Below are positions 47,530-59,082 of a stretch of 59,082 nt of DNA, one piece after another (within the stretch, counting starts at the first letter, position 1; the number at the start of each line of letters is the position of its first letter). The translations under genes were made by a program, and so were the position numbers. The DNA comes from Caulobacterales bacterium (lineage in GTDB: Bacteria > Pseudomonadota > Alphaproteobacteria > Caulobacterales > Caulobacteraceae), in the NCBI GenBank assembly GCA_947475655.1, contig CANJOB010000001.1, positions 1 to 59,082 on the forward strand, given 5' to 3'. Below the pieces are notes generated by a model. It did not search any database. It saw only the letters and a program-made list of their open reading frames with translations, and was not told where the DNA came from.

Positions 47530-48315
47530 CTAGAGCGTCGGCGCCACATAGGCGGCCATCTGGTTGATGGCGACGTCGAACTGCGGCGGGATCGGCGGGT
47601 CGCCCGGCAGGGACGCGAAAATCTTCTCCCCCGCCAGCCAGCGCTTCTCGGCATCGTTCGTGCGCAGGATCAGGGCCACGGCGGGCGTCATCTCATAGGT
47701 CTGATCGTCGAGGCCGATCAGCCGCAAGGCGGCCTTCAGCATCATCCGAGTGGCGTAGAGGGTGTTGGTATTGGCCTGCGGCATCGGGATGTTCGGCGCC
47801 TGATGCTCGACGAAAGCGGCGATACAGGCCTGCAGATCGACCGAGACGAAGCCGTGGCAGGCCAGGGGCCGCGAGGCGTAGATCGAACAGGCGGCGTCCT
47901 CCAGCAGCGGGCACAGAACATGGCCCAGCCGATCCTCCGCCGTCATGCCGCGCAAGGTTTCGTCGGTCTCCAGCAGGGCGGCGACCTTGGCCTTGTCGGA
48001 GCGGATCGCGGCGGCGACGAAGAAGGCCTCCGGCGCGGTCACCGCCACGTTCTGGGTGCAGCAGAACGAGCAGCCCTTGCGGCAGGCGATCTGCGGATGG
48101 TCGGGGACGGTCTTCTCGTACAGGGCGGTGATGTGGGCCACCGCGTCCGAACAGGGCGAGCGGGCGCTGCGGTCCTGCAGCAGCCGCACCGTGCGGCGCA
48201 GGTGCGCGCCCAGCGAGCGGGGATCGCCGCCCATGGCCAGCGGCCGCGCCAGGAAGGCCGCGTCGTCGCGCTGCAGATTGCGGCGGTCCGCCCGCGATAG
48301 CCGTCCGTCGGTCAT
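47530..48315 (-). CDS. YkgJ-family cysteine-cluster protein
   Basis: CRKGCSFCC and CPLL..CSIY..RPLAC motifs. Confidence 0.85.
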   Translation of the reverse strand: MTDGRLSRADRRNLQRDDAAFLARPLAMGGDPRSLGAHLRRTVRLLQDRSARSPCSDAVAHITALYEKTVPDHPQIACRKGCSFCCTQNVAVTAPEAFFVAAAIRSDKAKVAALLETDETLRGMTAEDRLGHVLCPLLEDAACSIYASRPLACHGFVSVDLQACIAAFVEHQAPNIPMPQANTNTLYATRMMLKAALRLIGLDDQTYEMTPAVALILRTNDAEKRWLAGEKIFASLPGDPPIPPQFDVAINQMAAYVAPTL

Positions 48316-48413
48316 GAATCCCGTCCGCTCCCCTAAGGGCATTAACTTGCATAGGACGGGAGGCGCCGCTACCCGTCGGGCCTCCGACAACAATTCCGAA
48401 AGCCGCAATTGCC

Positions 48414-50114
48414 TTGGCCGACGATCTGGTTAATCCCGCCGCCGTGACGGCCAAAACACTCTCCGCCGCCCAGGCCTTGGTGGAATGCCTGGTGTTGAAC
48501 GGGGTCGAGAAGGTGTTCCTGGTTCCGGGCGAAAGCTATCTCGCCGTGATCGACGCCCTGTTCGATCAGAAGGACAGGATCGAGGTCATCACCTGCCGCC
48601 ACGAGGCCGGCGCCGCCAACATGGCCGTGGCCAACGCCCGCCTGACCGGCACGACCGGGGTGGTGATGGTCACGCGCGGTCCAGGGGCCGCCCACGCCAG
48701 CATCGGCATACACAACGCCGAACAGGACAGCGCCCCGGTGATCATGTTCGTGGGACAGGTCGCCGCCGGCCACCGCGGCCGCGCCGCGTTCCAGGAGATC
48801 GACTACGCCCAGATGTTCGGCGGCATCTGCAAACTGGCCCTGGAGATCGACCGCGCCGACCGCACGGTGGAGCTGGTCAACCGCGCGTTCGTGGTGGCGC
48901 AATCGGGCCGTCCCGGTCCGATCGTGATCGCCCTGCCGGAGGATGTGCTGCACCTGGACGCGGGCCCCCAGCCGCCGGTGGCCGCCAAAATCGCCCGCGC
49001 CGCCTTCCCGCAGGAGACCCTGCCGGCCATCGCGGCGATGCTCGGCAAGGCCAAGCGTCCGCTGATGATCCTGGGCGGCGTCGGCTGGACCAACGAAGCA
49101 CGCGAGACGCTGGAAGCGTGGGCCAGAAGCACCAACCTGCCCGTCGCCCTGTCGTTCCGCCGCAAGGACCTGATCGACAACGCCAGCCCGGTCTATATCG
49201 GCGACCTGGGGTTGGGACCGAATCCGAAGCTGATCGCGCGCGCCAAGAGTGCCGACATGCTGCTCGTCGTCGGCGCGCGCTTGGGCGAGAACGCCAGCCA
49301 AGCCTACACCCTGTTCACCCCGCAGCACACCGCCCGCCATATGGCGCACATCCACCAGGAACCGCAGGAACTGGGCCGGGTGTGGCCGGCCGCCGTGGTG
49401 GCCGCGTCCGACCTGTCGGCGGCGGCCCTGGCGCTGGCGACGATCAAGGTCGCGCCGTTCGATCCCGCCTGGGTGAAAGACGCCAAGGCCGACTACGATG
49501 CCTTCACCCGGCCGGTGGAGACGACGGGCGCGGTCAACATGTCCAGGATCGTCGCGCACCTTGCCGAGGGCCTGGCTGACGACGTCATCATCTGCAACGG
49601 CGCGGGCAACTTCGCCGCCTGGCTGCACCGCTTCTACCGCCACCGCAAAATGGGCACGCAGCTGGCGCCGGTCAGCGGCGGGATGGGCTTTGGCCTGCCC
49701 GCCGCCGTGGGCGCCAAGATCACCTATCCCCACCGCGAGGTGGTGGCCTGGACCGGCGACGGCGATTTCCTGATGTCGGGCAGCGATCTGGCCACCGCCG
49801 TGCAGTACGGTGCCAACATCATTGCCGTGGTGGTGGACAACGGCTCCTACGGCACCATCCGCATGCACCAGGAGCGCGACTTCCCCGACCGCACCATCGG
49901 CACCGATCTGAACAATCCGGATTTCGCCGCCTACGCCCGTTCGTTCGGCGCTTGGGCGGTGACGGTGGAGAGGACCGAGGATTTCCCGCAAGCCTTGGCG
50001 CAGGCGCGCGCGGCGGGCCGCCCGGCCCTGATCCACATCAAGATGGCGTTGGAAGACATCTCCCCGGGCAAGACCCTGAAGATGATCCATGGCACGGGTG
50101 TGGGTAAGCACTAA
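48414..50114 (+). CDS. TPP-dependent enzyme, acetolactate synthase-like (start may be GTG 48444)
   Basis: VPGESY, CRHEAGA, TRGPG and GDGDFLM..DNGSYGTIRMHQ motifs. Confidence 0.9.
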   Translation: MADDLVNPAAVTAKTLSAAQALVECLVLNGVEKVFLVPGESYLAVIDALFDQKDRIEVITCRHEAGAANMAVANARLTGTTGVVMVTRGPGAAHASIGIHNAEQDSAPVIMFVGQVAAGHRGRAAFQEIDYAQMFGGICKLALEIDRADRTVELVNRAFVVAQSGRPGPIVIALPEDVLHLDAGPQPPVAAKIARAAFPQETLPAIAAMLGKAKRPLMILGGVGWTNEARETLEAWARSTNLPVALSFRRKDLIDNASPVYIGDLGLGPNPKLIARAKSADMLLVVGARLGENASQAYTLFTPQHTARHMAHIHQEPQELGRVWPAAVVAASDLSAAALALATIKVAPFDPAWVKDAKADYDAFTRPVETTGAVNMSRIVAHLAEGLADDVIICNGAGNFAAWLHRFYRHRKMGTQLAPVSGGMGFGLPAAVGAKITYPHREVVAWTGDGDFLMSGSDLATAVQYGANIIAVVVDNGSYGTIRMHQERDFPDRTIGTDLNNPDFAAYARSFGAWAVTVERTEDFPQALAQARAAGRPALIHIKMALEDISPGKTLKMIHGTGVGKH

Positions 50115-50147
50115 CGCCTCCCCTTCGATGGGAGGGAGAAGATCGCT

Positions 50148-51653
50148 TTAGGAGTCCAGCCCGCCGAGCGTGATGGCCTTGATCTCCAGATATTCCTCGA
50201 TGCCGTACTTGCCGCCCTCGCGGCCGACGCCGGACGCCTTGACGCCTCCGAACGGCGAGACTTCCGAGGAGATGATGCCCTCGTTGACCCCGACCATTCC
50301 CGTGTCCAGCGCCTCGGCGACGCGGAAGACGCGGCCGATGTCGCGGGCGTAGAAATAGGACGCCAGGCCGAAGGCGGTATCGTTCGCCAATCGGATCGCT
50401 TCTTCCTCGGTGTCGAATTTGTAGAGCGGCGCCACGGGGCCGAAGATTTCCTCGGCGACCAGGCGCGACTCCGGCGCGATGCCGGTCAGCACCGTGGGCT
50501 CGAAGAAATTGCCGCCCAGCGCGTGTGGCTTGCCGCCGGTAGTGGCCTTGGCGCCCTTGGCCAGGGCGTCCTTCACATAGCCCTGCACCTTGTCGAGCGC
50601 GGCCTGGTTGATCAGCGGCCCTTGGGTGGTTCCTTCGGCCGTGCCGTCGCCCACTTTCAGCCCCTTCACCGCGGCGGTGAATTTCTCGGCGAAGGCGTCA
50701 TAGACCCCGGCCTGGACGAAGATGCGGTTGGCGCTGACGCAGGTCTGGCCGCTGTTGCGGTACTTGCTGGCCATCACGCCCTTGACCGCCGCGTCGAGGT
50801 CGGCGTCGTCGAAGACGATGAAGGCGGCGTTGCCGCCCAGCTCCATGCTGGTGCGCTTGATGGTCGGGGCGCACTGGGCCATCAGCAGGGCGCCGACGCG
50901 GGTGCTGCCGGTGAAGGAAAGCTTGCGCACCAGCGGGTTCTCGCACAGCTCCTTGCCGCTCTCGACCGGCTCGCCGGTGACGATGTTGCACACCCCGGGC
51001 GGGAAGCCGGCGCGCTGCGCCAGTTCGGCCAGGGCCAGGGCGCTGAACGGCGTCTCGTCGGCGGGACGGATCACCCCAGCGCAGCCGGCGGCCCAACCGG
51101 GCGCCGCCTTGCGGGTGATCATGCCGGTGGGGAAGTTCCACGGGGTGATGGCGGCGAAGACGCCGACGGGCTGCTTCTGCACGATGATGCGCCGACCGCG
51201 CGCGGGGGTGGGGATCACATCGCCATAGGCGCGCTTTCCTTCCTCGCCGAACCATTCGACGAAGCTGGCGGCGTAGAGAATCTCGCCCTTGGCCTCGGCC
51301 AGCGGCTTGCCCTGCTCGGCGGTAAGAATCTTCGCCAGGTCGTCGGCGTTGGCGACCATCAGGTCGAATAGGTTGCGCAGGATCACCGCCCGCTCCTTGG
51401 CGGTGAGAGCGCGCCACAGGGGCTGGGCGCGGTCGGCGGCTTGAATCGCGGCGGCCACCTCCTTTCGAGACAGCGACGGCACGTGGCCGATGATCTCGCC
51501 GGTCGCCGGGTTGCGCACGGGGATCGTGGCCCCAGAGGCGGCGGTGACCCATTTGCCGTCCACGTGGCAGGCCTGGCGGAACAGCGACGGGTCTTTAAGG
51601 CCTAGGGCCTTGCCGGCGGCGGTTTCGCTGGTGTCGGCGGGCATGTCGTGCAT
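50148..51653 (-). CDS. gabD: NAD(P)-dependent succinate-semialdehyde dehydrogenase
   Basis: ITPWNFP, SFTGST, MELGGNA, RNSGQTC and EEIFGP motifs. Confidence 0.88.
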   Translation of the reverse strand: MHDMPADTSETAAGKALGLKDPSLFRQACHVDGKWVTAASGATIPVRNPATGEIIGHVPSLSRKEVAAAIQAADRAQPLWRALTAKERAVILRNLFDLMVANADDLAKILTAEQGKPLAEAKGEILYAASFVEWFGEEGKRAYGDVIPTPARGRRIIVQKQPVGVFAAITPWNFPTGMITRKAAPGWAAGCAGVIRPADETPFSALALAELAQRAGFPPGVCNIVTGEPVESGKELCENPLVRKLSFTGSTRVGALLMAQCAPTIKRTSMELGGNAAFIVFDDADLDAAVKGVMASKYRNSGQTCVSANRIFVQAGVYDAFAEKFTAAVKGLKVGDGTAEGTTQGPLINQAALDKVQGYVKDALAKGAKATTGGKPHALGGNFFEPTVLTGIAPESRLVAEEIFGPVAPLYKFDTEEEAIRLANDTAFGLASYFYARDIGRVFRVAEALDTGMVGVNEGIISSEVSPFGGVKASGVGREGGKYGIEEYLEIKAITLGGLDS

Positions 51654-51703
51654 GGCCGGTCTCCTCTGCTGCAAAGGGATATAGGGGCCCAGGCCCGCCA
51701 AGC

Positions 51704-52174
51704 CTAGCTGATCTGCGCCGCGACGGCTCCCAGAATGCGGACAAGTTCGGCAGGGTCGAGCTCGACCTGCAGGCCGCGCTGGCCGCCGTTCAGGAACACA
51801 CGCGGATGCTCCAGCGCCGCCGCCTCGACCACCGTGGGCAAGGTCTTCTTCTGGCCGAACGGGCTGACTCCGCCGACGCGGTAGCCGGTGATGCGCTCGG
51901 CGTCGGCCACCTTGGCCATATCCGCCGCCTTGCCGCCAAAGGCGGCGGCGACCTTCTTCATCGCCGCCTCGCGGTCCGACGGCAGGACGACGCAGACCGG
52001 CTTGCCGTCGACCATGGCGATCAGGGTCTTGAGCATGACGGCCGGATCGACGCCCAGGCTCTGCGCCGCGTGCAGGCCGATGCTGGCGGCGTCGGGGTCG
52101 TAGTCGTAGGTGTGCAGGGCATAGGATGCGCCGGCCTTGTCCAGCATCAGGGTCGCCGGCGTGGTGCGGGCCAT
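51704..52174 (-). CDS. ybaK: Cys-tRNA(Pro) deacylase
   Basis: TPAT, KTL, TGYRVGGVSPFGQKK and GGQRGL motifs. Confidence 0.92.
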   Translation of the reverse strand: MARTTPATLMLDKAGASYALHTYDYDPDAASIGLHAAQSLGVDPAVMLKTLIAMVDGKPVCVVLPSDREAAMKKVAAAFGGKAADMAKVADAERITGYRVGGVSPFGQKKTLPTVVEAAALEHPRVFLNGGQRGLQVELDPAELVRILGAVAAQIS

Positions 52175-53742
52175 CAGATGACGAAGAAGCCGTGGCTGGC
52201 GTCGCGCCCGAGCTGGTCGACCAGGCCCGCCTCCCAGTCCAGATAACCCTGCATGGCGGCGACCGGATTGTCGGTGCCCTCGTAGGGGCGGCGGTAGATG
52301 TCGTCGGTCTCGCTGGCGGCGTTGGTCAGGCCGGTCTCCATCGCCAGGCCGGCGGCGGCCCAGGCGGCGGTCCCGCCCTCCAGCACCCGTACGTGGCGAC
52401 GGGTCAGGGCGGTCAGTTCGGGCGCGGCCAGGGCGGCCAGGACGCCGTCGGGTGAAACGGTCACGAACGGCTTGTCCAGCGGCAGGACGCCCAGGGCCTG
52501 GCTCAGACGGCTGCGCACGGCGAACCAGGCGCCGGGAATGTGGCCGCGGCGATGCCGCGGCGAGGCGGCGAAATCGACCACCGTCACCTGGGCCAAGCTC
52601 CGCGCCAGGTCGTCGACGCCGATGGTCTCGACGCGCGGCGGCGGCGGCAGGGCGGCGCGCCATTCGCCGGTTTCCAGGGCCCCGTCGAAGCCGCCCTCGA
52701 GGACGTAGGTTTCCCAGCCCATCTGCGCCAGCCAGGAGGCGGTCATGTCGGCCCGCGCGCCGCGGTCGTCGGCCAGGACGATGCGCGCGCCGCGCACCGG
52801 GGCGAAGACATCGGTCTCCTGCACCAGCTGCCCGCCCGGCGCGCCGCGGAAGCCGACGATGTGGCCGGCGGCGTATTCGGACGGATCGCGCACATCGAAG
52901 CGGTAGAGGGTGCGGCGCAGGTCCAGGGCCAGGGCGGTCAGGGCGGCGGTGTCGAGCCGCTTGACCCCGGCGCGGTAGGAAACATCGCGCGCGGCGGCGC
53001 GGGCCCGTCCTTCGATGTCGGCGCCGACCTCGGGGAACCGCGCGCTCTTGCCCGTTTCGAGTTTGTACCCCGCCAGATTCCAGCCGATCGCCCCGTTGCG
53101 CAGGGCGTAGACCGGGTTGGGCATCCCGGCGTTGATCAGCGACTGGGCGCCGATGATGCTGCGCGTGCGGCCGGCGCAGTTGACGATGATGGTGGTCTTG
53201 AGGCTGGGGACGATCTGCCGCGCGCGCAGCACCAGCTCGGCCCCCGGCACGCTGACGCCCCGCGGGATGCTCATGGTCTGGAATTCGTCGTAGCGGCGGC
53301 TGTCGAGCACCACCAGATCGGGCTCGTTCTCGATCATCGCCTTGGCGCTATGGGCCGGCAGGGCCGGAGTCTGGCGGCGATGCTCGACCAGTTCGCCGAA
53401 CGCCTTGCTGGCGGAGTTGACGTCCTGAAACAGCTCGAGGCCGGCGGCGCGCCAGCCCGCGAGCCCGCCCTCGAGTTCGCTGACGTGGGTGTAGCCCAGG
53501 CCCGCCAGCCGATGGGCCGCCACTTCGACCAGCCCCTCGCCGTTGTCGTACAGCACCACCGGCGTCTCGCGGCGGGGGATGCGGTCGAGCACTTCCAGCT
53601 CCAGCCGGCTCAAGGGCAATTGCGCCGCGAACAGCGGATGGTCCTTGGCGAAGGCGTCCTCCTCGCGCAGGTCGATCAGGGCGATCTCCTCGCGGCCGAT
53701 CCAGGCCAGGCGCACACGCGCGGGCGAGACCTTGGCGATCAC
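52174..53742 (-). CDS. Multi-domain rhodanese / sulfurtransferase
   Basis: Four rhodanese-like repeats; VNCAGRTRSIIG; SKAFGE; C-terminal YLDWE. Confidence 0.88.
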   Translation of the reverse strand: MIAKVSPARVRLAWIGREEIALIDLREEDAFAKDHPLFAAQLPLSRLELEVLDRIPRRETPVVLYDNGEGLVEVAAHRLAGLGYTHVSELEGGLAGWRAAGLELFQDVNSASKAFGELVEHRRQTPALPAHSAKAMIENEPDLVVLDSRRYDEFQTMSIPRGVSVPGAELVLRARQIVPSLKTTIIVNCAGRTRSIIGAQSLINAGMPNPVYALRNGAIGWNLAGYKLETGKSARFPEVGADIEGRARAAARDVSYRAGVKRLDTAALTALALDLRRTLYRFDVRDPSEYAAGHIVGFRGAPGGQLVQETDVFAPVRGARIVLADDRGARADMTASWLAQMGWETYVLEGGFDGALETGEWRAALPPPPRVETIGVDDLARSLAQVTVVDFAASPRHRRGHIPGAWFAVRSRLSQALGVLPLDKPFVTVSPDGVLAALAAPELTALTRRHVRVLEGGTAAWAAAGLAMETGLTNAASETDDIYRRPYEGTDNPVAAMQGYLDWEAGLVDQLGRDASHGFFVI

Positions 53743-54320
53743 GCCGGAACGTCCGCCAGGAGGTTGGGCCGGCCGGCGTTGGAGTAGCCGGAGATGAAGG
53801 GAAAGGCCGTGCCGTCGAGCGAATAGGTGTGGCGGCTGACGGCGCCGATGTCGGCGCCGTAGAGGTGGACCGAGATCGAGGCGCGATCGGAAAAGACGTT
53901 GGAGACGCGGTGCAAATCGCCCACCGCCGGCGACACCGCCTCGATATCTCCCGGGACGAGCGTCTGCGGCGCGCCGTCGGCCACGGGACGCCCGTCCTCG
54001 AACCGGAAGCGCTGCGAAATCTCCGACCCGCGCAGCATGCCGATCAGGCCCCACACCGTGTGGTCGTGAATCGGGGTGAACTGCCCCGGCCCCCAGACGA
54101 AGCTGACCATGCTGAAGCGCCCCGCCGGGTCGAGGTGCAGCAGGTACTGGCTGTAGTGCTCTGGGTGAGGAATAGCGGCGGTCTGCGGGAGCCAGTCGTC
54201 CTGGGCAACCAGAGCGGCAAGCAGCTTACTGCCTTCGCTGACCACGCGCGGCTCGTCCGGCGGCTGATCGATCAGGGCGGTGAAGTCGGCCACGAACGCG
54301 CGCAGGCGGGCTGTGCTCAT
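53739..54320 (-). CDS. Thiol dioxygenase (Gln-type CDO / 3-mercaptopropionate dioxygenase-like)
   Basis: YSQYLLH, FVWGPGQ.TPIHDH and SVHLYG motifs. Confidence 0.88.
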   Translation of the reverse strand: MSTARLRAFVADFTALIDQPPDEPRVVSEGSKLLAALVAQDDWLPQTAAIPHPEHYSQYLLHLDPAGRFSMVSFVWGPGQFTPIHDHTVWGLIGMLRGSEISQRFRFEDGRPVADGAPQTLVPGDIEAVSPAVGDLHRVSNVFSDRASISVHLYGADIGAVSRHTYSLDGTAFPFISGYSNAGRPNLLADVPA

Positions 54321-54455
54321 GGGAGGGTTATACAGCCCAGCCCCGTCGGTCGGCCAGTGCGCTGCGAAGAAAGGCGGTCAGAGGCGGACCCTTATCAGCG
54401 GCGTGGCGTTGGGAAGGGCAGGGACGCTCATCCACCCCGCAAAAGGACATTCAAA

Positions 54456-54605
54456 ATGTTAGCGACGATTGCCGCCGTCCTCGTTGTGATGTGGCTGCTG
54501 GGCTTCTTCGCCCTGCACGTTTCCTCGTTCCTGATCCATCTTCTCTTGCTGTTCGCGGTGATCTCGATCGTGATGCACTTCGTGCGCGGACGGCCGCGCG
54601 CCTAG
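54456..54605 (+). CDS. 49-aa lmo0937-like small membrane protein
   Basis: [30 protein letters not shown]; AGGA RBS. Confidence 0.8.
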   Translation: MLATIAAVLVVMWLLGFFALHVSSFLIHLLLLFAVISIVMHFVRGRPRA

Positions 54606-55216
54606 TCCAAGCCCCCAGCCTCCTCGATGTAGCGCACCACCTCGTCGACGCCCTTCAGCCGCGGCAGATCGGTGAAGACAAACGGGCGCCCGGCGCGGCC
54701 TTTCTCGGCGTCGCTGCGCATGATCTCCAGGTCGGCGCCCACGTAGGGCGCAAGGTCGGTCTTGTTGATGATCAGCAGGTCGCTGCGGGTGATGGCCGGA
54801 CCGCCCTTGCGCGGGATCTTCTCGCCTTGGCAGACGCTGATCACATAGAGGGTCAGGTCGGCGAGATCGGGGCTGAAGGTGGCTGCCAGGTTGTCGCCGC
54901 CGCTCTCGATGAAGATGACGTCGAGGTCGGGGTGGCGCTTCACCATCTGGTCGATGGCCGCCAGATTGATCGAGGCGTCCTCGCGGATGGCGGTGTGCGG
55001 ACAGCCGCCGGTCTCGACGCCGAGGATGCGGTCCTCGGGCAGGGCCTGTAGCCGGTTGAGGATCAAAGCGTCTTCCTGAGTGTAGATGTCGTTGGTGATC
55101 ACGGCCACCGAATGGCGTCCGCTCATGGCGCGGCACAGTTTCTCGGTCAGGGTGGTCTTGCCTGAGCCGACCGGCCCGCCGATGCCGACGCGAAGCGGTC
55201 CGTTGCGCGGCCTCAT
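54602..55216 (-). CDS. ureG: Urease accessory GTPase
   Basis: [20 protein letters not shown] and NKTD motifs. Confidence 0.97.
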   Translation of the reverse strand: MRPRNGPLRVGIGGPVGSGKTTLTEKLCRAMSGRHSVAVITNDIYTQEDALILNRLQALPEDRILGVETGGCPHTAIREDASINLAAIDQMVKRHPDLDVIFIESGGDNLAATFSPDLADLTLYVISVCQGEKIPRKGGPAITRSDLLIINKTDLAPYVGADLEIMRSDAEKGRAGRPFVFTDLPRLKGVDEVVRYIEEAGGLD

Positions 55217-55884
55217 GACAGGAACAGTCTCGGCTCTAAGGTTTCGTGACGCATGGCGGCGATGTCGCTGAGCATGGCCGCCCCGCCCAGGTCGTCGAGG
55301 CTGGAGACGTCGGCCCGGCGCACCAGCGCCAGGATGCTGGGCTCCAGCGCCGCCAGCACGGCGACCGCGCCGGTCTGGCCCAGCGGCATCAGCCGCAGCG
55401 ACGCGCCGATCAGATTGGCGGCGAAGGACTGCAGCAGGCCGGTCAAGGCGTCCGTCAGCGCAACGCCGTGCGCGCCCGCGGCGGCGCCGACGGCGATGCA
55501 GTAGGCGGCCTGGCCGTGGAGCGGTTCAAGCAAGGGCGACGGCCAGCCGATCTCAACGGCCTTGAGGAAGGCGGCGCCCTGGGCCTGGCTTTCGCGCAGC
55601 CGCTCAGCGCTGGGGCTAAGCGCGCGCGCCAGCTCGGCTGCGGAGACGAGGCGCGTCGCATCGTTCGCCGTCACGGCGGCATGAGCTTCCGCCAACTGTA
55701 CCGCGTCGTTCCATCCCGCGCCCAGTTCCAGCACGCCTTCCAGCCAGCGGATCAGGCTTTCCGCGTCCGATACGCGCCCCTCGTGGATCGCCTGTTCGAT
55801 CCCGTGCGAATAGCCGAAGGCGCCGGTCGGGAAGGCCGGCGACATCCAGGCCAGCAGGCGCGACAATCCAGCATCAGTGCGCAT
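55213..55884 (-). CDS. ureF: Urease accessory protein
   Basis: [16 protein letters not shown] and [11 protein letters not shown] motifs. Confidence 0.92.
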   Translation of the reverse strand: MRTDAGLSRLLAWMSPAFPTGAFGYSHGIEQAIHEGRVSDAESLIRWLEGVLELGAGWNDAVQLAEAHAAVTANDATRLVSAAELARALSPSAERLRESQAQGAAFLKAVEIGWPSPLLEPLHGQAAYCIAVGAAAGAHGVALTDALTGLLQSFAANLIGASLRLMPLGQTGAVAVLAALEPSILALVRRADVSSLDDLGGAAMLSDIAAMRHETLEPRLFLS

Positions 55885-56346
55885 GGCTGAGGTCGCCGTG
55901 ACTGTGGGTGTGGGCGTCGCCATAGGCGCCGGCTTCCGGATCGGACGGGGCGGTGACGACGGTGACCGTGGCGCCCAGGTGCTCGAGCATGTGGGCGATG
56001 ACATGGTCATAGCGGATCAGGATGCGGCTTTCTTCCACCTGGGCGGCGAGATGGCGGTTGCCCAGGTGCCAGGCCAGCTTCAGCAGATGCGCGGGACTTT
56101 GCGCGCGCACCTCCAGCAGCTTTTCCGGCGCGGCGGCGACCTCGACGATGCGGCCGTCCGAGAGTTTGAGCCCGTCGCCGTGACGCAGCTGCACCGCGCG
56201 TGGCAGGTCGAGCAGGAAGTTCAATCCCGCCTCGCCGGTCAGGGTCATGCGGCGGCGATGGCGTCCGTCCTGATCCAGGGTGACACGGTCGGCGGCCGGG
56301 CCGGACCAAGCGCCAGAAGGAACGACAGCCTCTACGTAAGGCCGGG

Positions 56347-56350
<4 letters not shown>
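55874..56350 (-). CDS. ureE: Urease accessory Ni chaperone
   Basis: [19 protein letters not shown] and His-rich tail; TTG start overlaps the ureC stop. Confidence 0.9.
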
Positions 56351-58053
<1,703 letters not shown>

Positions 58054-58054
58054 G

Positions 58055-58360
58055 TCAGAGCTTTCCCATCACATCGCCGCGGAAGCCGTAGATCGCGCGG
58101 TGTCCGAGGATTGGTACGAGCGAGACTTCGCGCGATTGTCCCGGCTCGAAACGGACGGCGGTGCCGGCGGCGATGTCGAGCCGCTGGCCTCGCGCGGCGG
58201 CGCGGTCGAACAGCAGCGCCGCATTGGTCTCGGCGAAATGATAGTGGCTGCCGACCTGGATCGGCCGGTCGCCGCTGTTGGCCACCATCAGCACGGTCAC
58301 CGGCGCGCCGGCGTTGAGCTCGATCTCGCCCTCGGCGGGGATGACTTCGCCGGGGATCAT
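58055..58360 (-). CDS. ureB: Urease beta subunit
   Basis: [17 protein letters not shown] and GTAVRFEPG motifs. Confidence 0.97.
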   Translation of the reverse strand: MIPGEVIPAEGEIELNAGAPVTVLMVANSGDRPIQVGSHYHFAETNAALLFDRAAARGQRLDIAAGTAVRFEPGQSREVSLVPILGHRAIYGFRGDVMGKL

Positions 58361-59025
58361 GCGAAGACCGCCAGGGCGAGGCCGCTCAAGGCCGTTCCGG
58401 CGCCCAGCACGCGCACCAGGGCGGGACGCTTGACGCCAAGCCCGGCGCCCAGGCCCGCCAGATGCAGGCCGATGGTGGAGACCGCGAAACCGAGCGGGAA
58501 GGCGAGCTGCGCGCCAGGCGCCTCGCCGCCGTGGGCGTAGCCATGCGCCAGGCCGAAGGCGCCGATCAGGGCGACGCCCAGGGCAGCGGGAACGCGGGCG
58601 TCAGCGGCGATCAGGGCGCCGAGCGCGATCACGCTGGCGAGGATCATTGGTTCGACGAGCGGGACGCCGGCGTTGGCTTGCCCCAGCGCGAACCCGGCCA
58701 GCATGGCAACGACAAAGGACGCCGGCCACAGCCAGAGCGATTTGCCGCCGCGAAGGGACGCCCACAGCCCGACCGCGATCATCGCGAGCATATGGTCGGC
58801 GCCGGAGAGGGGGTGAGCAAGGCCCTCCATCAGGCCGACGGCATGACCCGGATGGGCGAAGGCTGGACCCGCGAACACCAAAACACCGCTCATCCCGGCG
58901 ACCCAGGGGGCGGCGCCACGCGCCAACGCGGGGACCCAGGCTTTTTTGCTTCGCGCTCCGCTGGACAGAACTGGATCCCCGCCTTCGCGGGGATGAGCGG
59001 AAAAAAATTGCGCCGGCGCTTTCAT
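58357..59025 (-). CDS. ureJ: HupE/UreJ nickel transporter with an in-frame palindromic insert
   Basis: [20 protein letters not shown] and HGYAHG.E motifs. Confidence 0.88.
   Translation of the reverse strand: MKAPAQFFSAHPREGGDPVLSSGARSKKAWVPALARGAAPWVAGMSGVLVFAGPAFAHPGHAVGLMEGLAHPLSGADHMLAMIAVGLWASLRGGKSLWLWPASFVVAMLAGFALGQANAGVPLVEPMILASVIALGALIAADARVPAALGVALIGAFGLAHGYAHGGEAPGAQLAFPLGFAVSTIGLHLAGLGAGLGVKRPALVRVLGAGTALSGLALAVFA
58886..59000. repeat. REP-doublet palindrome inside the ureJ 5' region
   Basis: CCGCTCATCCC ... GGGATGAGCGG termini, near-identical to the element at 47392-47520. Confidence 0.8.
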
Positions 59026-59033
59026 GTTGGCCC

Positions 59034-59082
59034 TCATCGGATCGGCTGATGGACGGTGACCAGCTTGGTCCCGTCGGGAAAG
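59034..59082 (-). CDS. ureA: Urease gamma subunit, 3' end
   Basis: FPDGTKLVTVHQPIR-stop. Confidence 0.92.
   Translation of the reverse strand, partial: FPDGTKLVTVHQPIR

Overview
High-GC alphaproteobacterial chromosome segment. Gene content, codon usage and repeat types point to Caulobacteraceae (Phenylobacterium/Caulobacter-like); this is an inference. I found no rRNA, tRNA, CRISPR array, transposase or prophage. Gene order: TonB receptor + phytase; MarR/OmpR/EnvZ-like genes divergent from ilvE; folB + SDR; an atypical receiver protein; a second TonB receptor; nhaA; selO; an NRAMP-like transporter; a URC1-URC4-upp operon whose URC1 is frameshifted; rsmJ; a histone-H1-like protein; FecI-FecR-TonB transducer followed by a GT2; an endostatin-like secreted protein; an FMN glutamate-synthase-family protein; a small glycan locus; an ABC-2 transporter; an aminotransferase; amtB; a cupredoxin / DUF3034 / exported truncated-globin module; SDR; gcdH; epmB-epmA-efp; a TPP enzyme; gabD; thiol dioxygenase-rhodanese-ybaK; and the urease operon ureA(partial)-J-B-C-E-F-G. 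Less obvious signals: (1) the same AAGTC-NN-GACTTAC palindrome sits in AT-rich synonymous-codon patches on the catalytic motifs of two unrelated genes; (2) a 26-aa antisense small membrane protein is missing from the ORF track; (3) five CIR/RIME-like double-hairpin repeats often start or end at stop or start codons; (4) a REP-like palindrome is read in frame in the UreJ signal peptide. Family names come from motif recognition, not database searches, and some start codons are my own estimates.
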